Shown here piece after piece: positions 1 to 8,087 of a DNA stretch of 64,000 bases. The stretch lies in IMG/VR virus record IMGVR_UViG_2791354756_000002, positions 288 to 64,287 of that record. The stretch is one strand, 5' to 3'. Both the position numbers and the translations under genes were made by a program. Numbering within the stretch: position 1 is the first letter of the stretch; every line of letters starts with the position of its first letter. The notes beneath the pieces are model-generated. The model did not search any database. It saw only the letters and a list, made by a program, of their open reading frames with translations, and was not told where the DNA came from. This stretch comes from a virus. Taxonomy: Duplodnaviria; Caudoviricetes.

Positions 1-359
1 CGTAATACATCCCAACCAAGATCGCTAAGTTCCTTATTCACCTTAGCGTCCCTTTGAATATTTCTATTTATTTTATTCCGCCAAAACTCAGAATAATGCG
101 ATAGTTCCTCATCAAGGGAAGACATTTTCCTGATTACCCAGTTATGCCCGTGCCAAAAATCGCCGTCACAAAAGATGGCGATTTTATATTTTGTAAACAC
201 TATATCAGGCTTACCTGGAAGCTTTGAGTAATTAACACGATATCGTAGACCCTCTCGCCAAAGAGCTTTACGCAATAGTAACTCAGGGACAGTGTTCTTT
301 GATTTTATAGACGACATTATCCTGTGCGTTACCTCAAATGATCGTTTGCTATCTCCCAC
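1..359 (-). CDS. vsr: Very-short-patch repair endonuclease (truncated by window edge)
   Basis: Not in the ORF track. Manual translation from GTG at 359: MGDSKRSFEVTHRIMSSIKSKNTVPELLLRKALWREGLRYRVNYSKLPGKPDIVFTKYKIAIFCDGDFWHGH...FWRNKINRNIQRD...LGWDVLR. These are typical Vsr motifs, directly downstream of a C5-MTase/REase pair. Confidence 0.93.
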   Translation of the reverse strand, partial: MGDSKRSFEVTHRIMSSIKSKNTVPELLLRKALWREGLRYRVNYSKLPGKPDIVFTKYKIAIFCDGDFWHGHNWVIRKMSSLDEELSHYSEFWRNKINRNIQRDAKVNKELSDLGWDVL

Positions 360-1428
360 GATACTCTGTCCTGAAATACTGCGCAAAAATTTTGTTTAGC
401 ACATACTCAGATTCACCTCTCGTAATTCCATTTGATGTCTTCCCAGAGGCGATTATAGATACTTTCGTAACCCACTCCTTTATTATATCCCTTATATTAC
501 CTTGTATTTGTCTATTTAATATAGCTCTCTTTATTCTATCGCATATAGAGAAATAATTATCTGAAACTCTTCCATACACTGCAGGAAATCTTTTTATTTC
601 ACCAGATTCGAGTTCCATAGGAAATTTACCACCAGCGCTAAAAGAGTCTCTTGTATGTATATCCACAATACCTTTAGTAGTTACTAACCAAAAAGCAAAA
701 TTATTATAATTGCCGGCAAATATCTCAGGATACTTAAGAAGCGCTGTCACTATATAATATTTTTTCTCATTAAGACTCAGTGTGTCCCACATTCTTATTT
801 TCATTGGTACCACATCATTCCCTGTTGTGGAGTCACCAGCCCACCACAGACTCTCACCTTCTTTTAACTGAGATCTGTAATATTTTGCTACTGGCTCAAT
901 GGGGTTATCCATGTTTCTTAGCTGATCGTATGGTATCTTAAGCTTGTCAAATATAGTGGCGTTATCAGACAAATCCATATCAATTAGGTATCTGGGCATA
1001 TGCGTTACCGCTATGTCGTAGAGACATTTCTCGTATGGCTTTGACCTGAATTGGATAGGATTACCACCCAATTTGCCAAACGTCATGTATATGCGCTCAA
1101 CGCCGTCTATTCGCGTGGTTTCCAGTATACTGCTCCCAGTAGACCGCCACTTGTCTTCTTTTGTGCTCTTTACCTCAACGCCATACATCCCAGACGCCAC
1201 TATATCAGGAAACTTATGACCAGACACAAGTCTAATAGTGTTCTCAAAAGGTGTTCCCCTCGCGCTTATGTCTAGAGCGTGAGCCACATCTTTCTCCAGG
1301 TCAAGCCCTGAGCGACCTATATAATAGGCCCGTTTGCTCACCGCGTCATTATTTAAGTATGTGTCAGTCCTGCGCATTAATAACGAGAACTCACTCTCGC
1401 TAGGGGCTGATGTCACGCACACTATCAT
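349..1428 (-). CDS. Type II restriction endonuclease, PD-(D/E)XK fold
   Basis: FPDI...GVEVKST catalytic-type motif; lies between a C5-MTase and vsr in one operon. Confidence 0.75.
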   Translation of the reverse strand: MIVCVTSAPSESEFSLLMRRTDTYLNNDAVSKRAYYIGRSGLDLEKDVAHALDISARGTPFENTIRLVSGHKFPDIVASGMYGVEVKSTKEDKWRSTGSSILETTRIDGVERIYMTFGKLGGNPIQFRSKPYEKCLYDIAVTHMPRYLIDMDLSDNATIFDKLKIPYDQLRNMDNPIEPVAKYYRSQLKEGESLWWAGDSTTGNDVVPMKIRMWDTLSLNEKKYYIVTALLKYPEIFAGNYNNFAFWLVTTKGIVDIHTRDSFSAGGKFPMELESGEIKRFPAVYGRVSDNYFSICDRIKRAILNRQIQGNIRDIIKEWVTKVSIIASGKTSNGITRGESEYVLNKIFAQYFRTEYRGR

Positions 1429-1431
1429 ACG

Positions 1432-2655
1432 CTACTCCTTAAAGTACTTTTCCCACTTACGTTCAATATTTTTCGCTATATTGTACGCAAGCACACATGG
1501 TACGGCGTTACCAATAATTTTATAAGCGTCACTAGAAGATACAGACACATTCTTGCCTGTTTTCGCGAGTATGAATTGATACTCGTCCGGGAACGTTTGT
1601 ATTCTGGCGCACTCCCTCACAGTGAGCCTTCTCTCTGGAAGGCCAGCGGCGAGCTCGGCGTCGTGCTTGCCACCATGCTCCTTGGATAGCCTGCGGTACT
1701 CGATATTCCCGTGGTGCTCAGACCTGATTGTAGGCCCAACGGAATCAAGCTTTACTTCCGTTTGCCCCTGGCAATGAGCCCCCATGTATTTTGCCTTTGA
1801 GTATTTTTCCTGTGACTTATCAGTGGCTACCTCTGGCTCGACGAGACCCGTGAAGGCGTCAGAGCAAGTAACATAATCCAGTAAGCCGGGCCCGTGAGTC
1901 GGTAATGGGTAAGGATCATATTCCTCTGGAATATCCTTGCTCAACAGCGCCTCCATCGCTCCGGCGGTCAGGGCGTTCTTTCTGAAGCCAAAGAATATGA
2001 CCCTCTCTCTTGATTGGGGAACGCCGTAATCAGCGGCACGCAGAACTTTCGCTGGAACAACCAAATACCCACCATCGCCAGCCTCAGCGAAATCACGCTC
2101 AATAATTTCTTTCACATCCTCCAGGTTGGTAAGCCCCTTTACATTTTCAGCTATAAACAATTTAGGGCAAGTTATCGTAATAACTTCCCTCATCCAAATA
2201 TACAATTTCCCCCTACTCTCAGTGGATGGCTCACCGGCGTCAAGCGTTCCCCCAAGATGGCTTTTTTTAGATTTGAATCCTAATCTTTTACCAGCCACTG
2301 AGAAATCCTGACATGGAAAACCACCCGTTACGACATCAATACCTTCTGGAAACACAAAATCCCCAGTATTATGTTTTCTTACCAAGTCTACTATACTACC
2401 TAGATGATACACATCATCAGCGTTATTTATTCGACAGCTAAAAAAAGAAACCCATGCCGCTTTCGCGTCAGGTCTTATATCGTTAGCAAAGACAGTCCTA
2501 AATTTTGTTGGTGATAATGTTACCCAATCACCATTATTATTAGCCACCCAGTCTGCGTGCTCCTCAAGATTAATAGATTTTTTCAAGCACGAAAAACCGC
2601 CTTCAAAACCTATATCCATGCCACCACATCCAGAAAATAATGACAGTACTTTCAA
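1432..2655 (-). CDS. dcm: DNA cytosine-5 methyltransferase (resembles M.BepI, CGCG-type, from memory)
   Basis: Motifs LFSGCGG (I), GGFPCQDFS (IV), ENV (VI), QSRERV (VIII), YKIIGNAV (X); TRD segment PTIRSEHHGNIEYRRLS; TTG start. Confidence 0.95.
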   Translation of the reverse strand: MKVLSLFSGCGGMDIGFEGGFSCLKKSINLEEHADWVANNNGDWVTLSPTKFRTVFANDIRPDAKAAWVSFFSCRINNADDVYHLGSIVDLVRKHNTGDFVFPEGIDVVTGGFPCQDFSVAGKRLGFKSKKSHLGGTLDAGEPSTESRGKLYIWMREVITITCPKLFIAENVKGLTNLEDVKEIIERDFAEAGDGGYLVVPAKVLRAADYGVPQSRERVIFFGFRKNALTAGAMEALLSKDIPEEYDPYPLPTHGPGLLDYVTCSDAFTGLVEPEVATDKSQEKYSKAKYMGAHCQGQTEVKLDSVGPTIRSEHHGNIEYRRLSKEHGGKHDAELAAGLPERRLTVRECARIQTFPDEYQFILAKTGKNVSVSSSDAYKIIGNAVPCVLAYNIAKNIERKWEKYFKE

Positions 2656-2775
2656 CCTGTCCTCCCCTCATACCAAATATTAGCTTAAGCAAGTCTAGCG
2701 TCCACAAGTCCTACCTACAAAAACGCCAAATTCTACACCATTTCTACCCCACCTTCGGCTAAAAAACAAATGTTT

Positions 2776-2818
2776 GCGTAAGCGGCAGCAGGGCTACCAA
2801 CCCTGCTGCCGCTTACGC
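2776..2818 (-). terminator. Intrinsic terminator closing the micro-ORF array
   Basis: Perfect 18-bp stem GCGTAAGCGGCAGCAGGG/CCCTGCTGCCGCTTACGC with T-rich tails on both strands. Confidence 0.85.
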
Positions 2819-2841
2819 TTTCTACCCTACCGAGTTACCAA

Positions 2842-3309
2842 TCATAATAATAACCGCATCGTCTTGGGCCTCCTTAATGCCCAACTCAGCTGCGACGTAC
2901 CACTCCTACCCTAGTAACCCATGTCTTCTTGGCATCTTCCAACCTCCTCGCGAATAGTATAGTTTCCAGATTAACTTACTAGGTTAATAACGGTTGGCCG
3001 TACGGCATCCACTAACCTCCTTCGTTTGATTGTTTCTCACTCTTGTCCCCAAACCACGTCTATCCTAATAACTGCGCTTGGCGCATGTTATCCTTCCTCC
3101 GTCATTTGATTGTTTCCTCATCCTGCACCCTAGCCACCTTATCTTAATAACTGCGACTGGTGCCGCATAATATCTTCCCTCCTTTGGTTAAATTGTTTTC
3201 CTCTATCCCCTAGCCTAATAACCGCGACCTAAGCCGCATTGACATCACCTCCTATTTATTAAAGTATGCCTTCCAATTTCCTACAGCCTAATAATAGCCA
3301 TATAGGCAT
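2842..3309 (-). repeat. Tandem array of seven SD-led micro-ORFs (5-16 aa) at 70-82 bp period
   Basis: 3259-3309 MPIWLLLGCRKLEGIL; 3210-3239 MRLRSRLLG; 3139-3168 MRHQSQLLR; 3060-3086 MRQAQLLG; 2979-3008 MPYGQPLLT; 2906-2935 MPRRHGLLG; 2842-2859 MRLLL. Each is preceded by GGAGG. Confidence 0.8.
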
Positions 3310-3353
3310 CAGCATCACCTCCTTGCCATAATGCTATATTTCCCTTCTTACTA

Positions 3354-3488
3354 CCTTATAACACATTTGGTGGCATTTTGACGAAAATTTATAGATACAC
3401 CTACCGTTTATTTTTCATATCCTTATAACATAAATGACCCCCAAAAATTTAATAATAGATAAGTCTATTCTTTCATATCCTTATAACA
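3354..3488 (-). promoter_or_regulatory. Three tandem copies of the phage promoter motif TGTTATAAGG(ATATG)
   Basis: CCTTATAACA on + at 3354, 3421 and 3479, directly upstream of the micro-ORF array. Confidence 0.75.
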
Positions 3489-3510
3489 CAAAATCGCCAA
3501 ATTAACGAAA

Positions 3511-3557
3511 AAATAAAAGCCCCACAACGTTTATTAAACTTTGTGGGGCTTTTATTT
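3511..3557 (-). terminator. Intrinsic terminator
   Basis: 17-bp stem AAATAAAAGCCCCACAA/TTGTGGGGCTTTTATTT right after the 3564 stop. Confidence 0.8.
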
Positions 3558-3563
3558 TAATTT

Positions 3564-3929
3564 TTAGAAACTTATGCTATCAACATATTTATCTATACCA
3601 TCTCCTTTGTATTCATGATGTACAGTAAAATATAGCTTACATTCTGGTCTATTAGCAACACAAAAGTTCCACTTTGTTCCATCCTTCTCAATATATGTAA
3701 TATCTATATACTCCATACTATTATCTGGTGACCAGTAAGTATATACAGAATTGTGAAATGACCTCGGAGCACCCAATTTATCGAGTATCTCCTGTTTTGT
3801 AGTCTTCCCCTGAATAATAGTCATCTCTGCCACTTTAACAGGTTTAATTTCTACAACCTTAGCTTGTCTCTGAGGTAAGCAAGACACCTGAAGCATAAGG
3901 GTTGCAATAAGTGCCACAAATAATCTCAT
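3564..3929 (-). CDS. Putative lipoprotein, SmpA/BamE-like
   Basis: Start reassigned to ATG 3929 (SD AAAGGAGG). Signal-like MRLFVALIATLMLQVSC, then IIQGKTTKQEILDKLGAP (SmpA/OmlA-type motif). Confidence 0.55.
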   Translation of the reverse strand: MRLFVALIATLMLQVSCLPQRQAKVVEIKPVKVAEMTIIQGKTTKQEILDKLGAPRSFHNSVYTYWSPDNSMEYIDITYIEKDGTKWNFCVANRPECKLYFTVHHEYKGDGIDKYVDSISF

Positions 3930-3942
3930 AGTATTCCCTCCT

Positions 3943-4914
3943 TTATTCTTTCTCCATCCCAACCAGCATGGGATGGAGCCACTTCAGCACAAACGTCCTA
4001 TCCCCCTTCCTCGGACCAGTCCAGAATCCATGCCAATGTCCGCGCCTAACGTGTGCCCGTGGGCTTGCGTGCGTACCACCCGCGTACTCCGGCTTTTGGG
4101 CGACAGCATCGCGCAGGGCTTGGCCCAGGCTGCGTCCTACCTCCCAAACCGTCACCTTCTGCGCTGGAAACAAGGCCATACCGCCCTTTACCTTTTTGGG
4201 CTTGGGGCGAACAGGAGATTTGCCGGGCTGGCGAAGGTTGTCTATTTCCGGTTTGTCGGAGCAGAGATACAATACCAGAGCCACAAGGCTTTGCACATCC
4301 TTTTTGTAATGCTCATCGGGCGGAATCTCCGGCATACCCTTTTGTCTCATATACTCGACCGCAGGGGCATTCAGCTTTGCCAGCGTCTCGCTGACGCTCA
4401 AGCCTTCTTCCAAAGGTATGACGATCTGCACAGGCTCATACTCTTCCAAGAACAGCACGAAGCGCAGCTCCAACAACTGTGTGCCGTAATCAAAATCGTA
4501 GAAGACAAGCGTCCCCACAACGCCAGGCAGTGATTCGAAAAACCAGTCTGGCAACTGAATGTAGATAGCGTACTCCGGCAGCCTGACTACCACATCGATG
4601 GGTATGGGCTTATCGGTGTCTGTGTCCTTCAACGCCACCAGCAGGTTGTCGTCAAAGTGGTAAACGCCCTGGCTGTACCGCCAGGCTATCAGACCAGTAG
4701 TGACGCCAGCGAAGCGTACATCCTCATCTGTCGGAGGATCACCAATCTCTCCCATTTTTATGAGGCTCTTCGCCCATACGGAGATAGGTATAAACACGAT
4801 CTCCGGAGCGCTCCAATATGCCGGGCGCAAGGAGAGCACATGGTTCACATACTTGTTCAGTACCGGGACGCGCTTGCCCAGTTCGGCAAGCTTTCGCGAC
4901 GGGGGAAAATCCAT
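3943..4914 (-). CDS. AcrVA2/FinQ-family protein (candidate anti-CRISPR)
   Basis: 323 aa; AWRYSQGVYHFD, RLPEYAIYI, LYLCSDKPEI, WEVGRSLG and PRAHVRRGHWHGFWTG match in order the AcrVA2 motifs as I recall them (AWRNTLGIYQLD, NLPDWCVYV, LWLCVAEPDI, YQIGERLG, RPHIRRGHWHGYWQG). Confidence 0.75.
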   Translation of the reverse strand: MDFPPSRKLAELGKRVPVLNKYVNHVLSLRPAYWSAPEIVFIPISVWAKSLIKMGEIGDPPTDEDVRFAGVTTGLIAWRYSQGVYHFDDNLLVALKDTDTDKPIPIDVVVRLPEYAIYIQLPDWFFESLPGVVGTLVFYDFDYGTQLLELRFVLFLEEYEPVQIVIPLEEGLSVSETLAKLNAPAVEYMRQKGMPEIPPDEHYKKDVQSLVALVLYLCSDKPEIDNLRQPGKSPVRPKPKKVKGGMALFPAQKVTVWEVGRSLGQALRDAVAQKPEYAGGTHASPRAHVRRGHWHGFWTGPRKGDRTFVLKWLHPMLVGMEKE

Positions 4915-5025
4915 GGCTAACCTCCTGCGTCTGATAACTTACGTAAAAATTTAGAGAAGTGCCAGTACTGCCTAAACTGTGAAAATTTCTTGACTATCTC
5001 CCAACACATATTGTATGGCGAAATC

Positions 5026-5675
5026 GTGCGGGGTGTTCCTGGCTGGTAACGTCCAGGCTCCATTGAAGCGAGCCAATGCAAGTACTGCTGTATTTCCTAG
5101 TTATTACATCCCGGGTACCGTCCCGGGCTCCATTGGCTTCCATAGGCTAAAAATAGCCGCACCCTGCACAGCATTTACCTATTGACACTCACCTTCCCCT
5201 CAATCTATAAAATCCTGTGCAGGGTGTTTCCTGGCGGGTAACCGCCAGGCTCCATTGAAGCTAGTACATTTTTTTGTAACTTGAACGGCTATACAGCTTT
5301 TCCCGGCAGCCATGCTGTCGGGCTCCATTGAAGCAATATTGTGATTGCTACAGGCTAAAAATAGCCGCGCCCTGCACGACCTTTGACTCCTACACCTCGT
5401 AGTCAGCGTCACACTAAAGGGTATAGCTTGCTTGCGAGCTATACCCTTTACTTACCAATATCAAATGCTGTATAGACATAGCTGTGCAGGGTGTTCCCGA
5501 TGGGTGACCATCGGGCCCCATTGAAGCAATATTGTTATTAATATAGGCTAAAAATAGCCGCACCCTGCACGACCTTTACTTATCACCGCCAGATAATGTA
5601 TAGTCGTAGTTGTGCAAGGTGCTCGCAATGAAGGTTGGTCGAGTCCTTCGTTGTTACATGGGCAACACCCTGCAC
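5026..5675 (+). CRISPR. Four small-RNA cassettes; three carry type I-G(I-U)-like CRISPR repeat mimics (orphan mini-arrays or solitary repeats)
   Basis: Cassettes 5026-5169, 5217-5377, 5484-5570 and 5612-5675, each closed by GTGCAGGGTG/CACCCTGCAC. Repeats of 36-37 nt ending CCATTGAAGC at 5033-5069, 5226-5261, about 5298-5334 and 5491-5527, plus a degenerate copy at about 5103-5139. Spacers about 33-37 nt. No cas genes. Confidence 0.75.
5182..5211 (+). promoter_or_regulatory. Sigma70-type promoter of cassette 2
   Basis: TTGACA-18-TATAAA ending 6 nt before the cassette; TTTACT-18-TATAG(A/T) precedes cassettes 3 and 4. Confidence 0.7.
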
Positions 5676-5889
5676 ACCTCTACTTCTCCTTAAGTAGTAT
5701 CACGTCAAAGGGGCGCAGCCTGCTTGCAAGCCGCGCCCCTTGTCTGTATATTATCTGTACACTTGCTTTACACTTAACCCCGGCAAGTAGCGTTGAGCTC
5801 CCTGCACCATGCGCCCTTGGATGCGGGGAGCTTATTTGCACGAAATACGCCAGTGTATCGGCGGCTTCGAGCACAGGCCCCCTTTCCTG

Positions 5890-6129
5890 CTAATGTGGCG
5901 GCGGGAGAGGGGGTCTGTTTTTGTTTGCTGTTGAAGGTAAAAATACGTGTAAGCTTTTGTGTAGCACACTTGGAGAATCAGCATCAGGATATCTAGAAGC
6001 TTTCTCATATTTATCGGCAGCCTGGAGCAATCCATACAACTCGGAAAGTTTTCCCTCCAATCCGTAACATAAGTCGTTATTTCTTTCTTCTGCTGCAAGA
6101 TTATCCCAGGCTGCCGAACACTGTTCCAT
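5890..6129 (-). CDS. Hypothetical protein (79 aa)
   Basis: Start reassigned to MEQCS at 6129, downstream of the 6173-6219 hairpin. Confidence 0.45.
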   Translation of the reverse strand: MEQCSAAWDNLAAEERNNDLCYGLEGKLSELYGLLQAADKYEKASRYPDADSPSVLHKSLHVFLPSTANKNRPPLPPPH

Positions 6130-6172
6130 GGCATCACCGTACCCCCTTTGCCCAGATAACCTAAAAACAAGC

Positions 6173-6219
6173 GGTGCGCCAGTAGCGTGGGTACTGTTTC
6201 CCCACACCACTGGCGCACC
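6173..6219. terminator. Hairpin; terminator or attenuator
   Basis: GGTGCGCCAGT/ACTGGCGCACC stem with T runs on both sides. Confidence 0.6.
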
Positions 6220-6243
6220 TTTTTCTAACTAAGCCATCCGGCA

Positions 6244-6273
6244 TCATAACCGTCTACGCCTTCTCTTGCGCAT
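6244..6273 (-). CDS. Arg-run micro-ORF MRKRRRRRL
   Basis: SD GGAGGTG, ATG at 6273, TGA at 6244; duplicated at 6380. Confidence 0.6.
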   Translation of the reverse strand: MRKRRRRRL

Positions 6274-6305
6274 AACGCACCTCCGAGAATTTAATAATTA
6301 CAAGA

Positions 6306-6380
6306 TTACAAGATCATTGCCTCAGCCAATATCGTTGGGCGGAGCCCTTGTCGTAACCGTCTGCGCCTTCTCTTGCGCAT
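6306..6380 (-). CDS. Arg-run micro-ORF MRKRRRRRLRQGLRPTILAEAMIL
   Basis: SD AAGGAGGTG; first nine codons nearly identical to 6244-6273; just downstream of the promoter motif at 6452. Confidence 0.6.
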   Translation of the reverse strand: MRKRRRRRLRQGLRPTILAEAMIL

Positions 6381-6451
6381 GGCACACCTCCTTGTAGTTT
6401 CACCGACGTACACTTCCTCCTGACAAAAACCTACGTATACGTCAGTTATTT

Positions 6452-6466
6452 CATATCCTTATAACA
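6452..6466 (-). promoter_or_regulatory. Phage promoter motif
   Basis: CATATCCTTATAACA on +. Confidence 0.7.
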
Positions 6467-6549
6467 AAAACAGGCCCTGAAATTTTAATAGTCACAGGGC
6501 CATAATTTAAGAAGGGGGTATGTGCTTTTCACACATACCCCCTGAAGGT

Positions 6550-7242
6550 CTACAGCAACTTCATCAGCTGCTTATCATATGTATCCATGAATCCATCTGG
6601 CCAATCATCGATGTGACCATCACTGTCGATATTCAGACGCTTTCCCTCAAAGATAAGAATCACGTCATCCTGGGCGATCTTCCCATCGTGAACATTGACT
6701 CGTACCTGACCAAGGCTGGCGGGACTGTGGGTGGTAACCACAATGTTTAGCCCGGCGACGGCCTTCTCGCACAGGAAGTCAAACAGATTTGCCTGTGCGT
6801 CTCCGCTGAGGAATGCGTCCGGCTGCTCAAGGTACAGGGTGTATCCTGCGGGAAGCATATCAGCAGCCATAACCACAGGCAGAACCTGTGTGATTTCGGC
6901 GGGCATATACAGGGGTATATTCAGCACTCCATCCATCCCGTACTTCATACTCGTCACGATGTCATCGTGACCTTCCGCAACTATACGCACAGGATTAAGA
7001 GGTTGAAGGATTTCTGTCACAAGGTGTTCATATCTTTCGGCACCATACTCAAGCAGATACCACGGGAATGACAGCTCCGTGATGGTCACAAACGGATTGT
7101 CGTCGTCGAAGTCAGCGGGTTTGAAATACTCATGCCCGCCGAAATCCCGAGCCTCCATAATGATGGCCGATGTCCGTGGATGCTCCCACCACCTGGGATG
7201 TAGCCTCGGAAGCCATCTGCCGGTGATAATTTCAAGAGACAT
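6550..7242 (-). CDS. C-terminal half of an AAA_21/DUF3696-type ABC ATPase, lacking Walker A
   Basis: Start reassigned to MSLEII at 7242. ITQVLPVVMAA...LYLEQPDAFLSGDAQANL...VVTTHSP...DWPDGFMD; no GxxxxGK. Confidence 0.65.
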   Translation of the reverse strand: MSLEIITGRWLPRLHPRWWEHPRTSAIIMEARDFGGHEYFKPADFDDDNPFVTITELSFPWYLLEYGAERYEHLVTEILQPLNPVRIVAEGHDDIVTSMKYGMDGVLNIPLYMPAEITQVLPVVMAADMLPAGYTLYLEQPDAFLSGDAQANLFDFLCEKAVAGLNIVVTTHSPASLGQVRVNVHDGKIAQDDVILIFEGKRLNIDSDGHIDDWPDGFMDTYDKQLMKLL

Positions 7243-7249
7243 ATATTGC

Positions 7250-7906
7250 TTACCCCATGAGGATAGCCAGCTGCTTCTCCTGGGTATCGAAGAAGTCTTC
7301 AGGCCATTCCTCTCCAAGATCTACAGGAACAAGGGCGTTGTCCGTGCGCATGCATACCGTAAAGTTAATCAATCCGTTCTTTTGCGCGATGCGGAAACTG
7401 TTCATCAGGCACATGCTGTAGGTTTCCACAACTACCATAACGCCGGTTGACGCCACGTTCGCCAGGAAATTCCCAAGCTCTGCCTGCCCGACCTCACTGA
7501 GAAAAGCGTCCGGGTGCTCAAGCTTGAGCACAGATCCGGGCTTGGCCATCAGTCCGGCTACCAGAACGGGTATCACCTGCCAGAGACCAGGATTTCCGTA
7601 AGCGCCTGCCGGAGCGTCATTCACCAGCAGAGACACCATGGAACCGTCTCCGGCAAGGCTTGTGTCGACCACAACATTCTTGCCAATGATCTTCTCCACC
7701 CACTCGTTGACGATATCGCGCATGGCTCTCAGGCCGATTTCCATAAACCAGGGAGCGTACTCGCCCATCTTGCCGACACTGACAATTTCCGGGGACACTG
7801 GGAAGCAGTCCACACCGTACATGCGGACAGGTCCAATGACCACTGCGGGCTCAACAGTACGGATGCCGTTGCTGGGTTCTGCGGAAAGGAATACGGAGTT
7901 GCTCAT
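7250..7906 (-). CDS. C-terminal half of an AAA_21/DUF3696-type ABC ATPase, lacking Walker A (paralogue)
   Basis: GLWQVIPVLVAGLMAKPGSVLKLEHPDAFLSEVGQAELG...VVETYS...WPEDFFDTQEKQL. Confidence 0.65.
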   Translation of the reverse strand: MSNSVFLSAEPSNGIRTVEPAVVIGPVRMYGVDCFPVSPEIVSVGKMGEYAPWFMEIGLRAMRDIVNEWVEKIIGKNVVVDTSLAGDGSMVSLLVNDAPAGAYGNPGLWQVIPVLVAGLMAKPGSVLKLEHPDAFLSEVGQAELGNFLANVASTGVMVVVETYSMCLMNSFRIAQKNGLINFTVCMRTDNALVPVDLGEEWPEDFFDTQEKQLAILMG

Positions 7907-8087
7907 TTTGGATCTCCTTTTGTTTCCAAAACTATCTTTGGTTATCTGTAGCTGTCAGGAGGTTGATTATCCTTTACAGAAACTCCGCAAGAAAGGCAAG
8001 TACTTTTTTTAATTTTTTACGCATATAGTCATTTGAAAATATTTGTAAGCATAAAAAACCTTCAAATGCATATATAGGTATACATAT

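Noticed and set aside
5070-5102. Self-match of spacer 1 to 4954-4961 (AGTACTGC)
   Set aside because: Only 8 nt; expected by chance.
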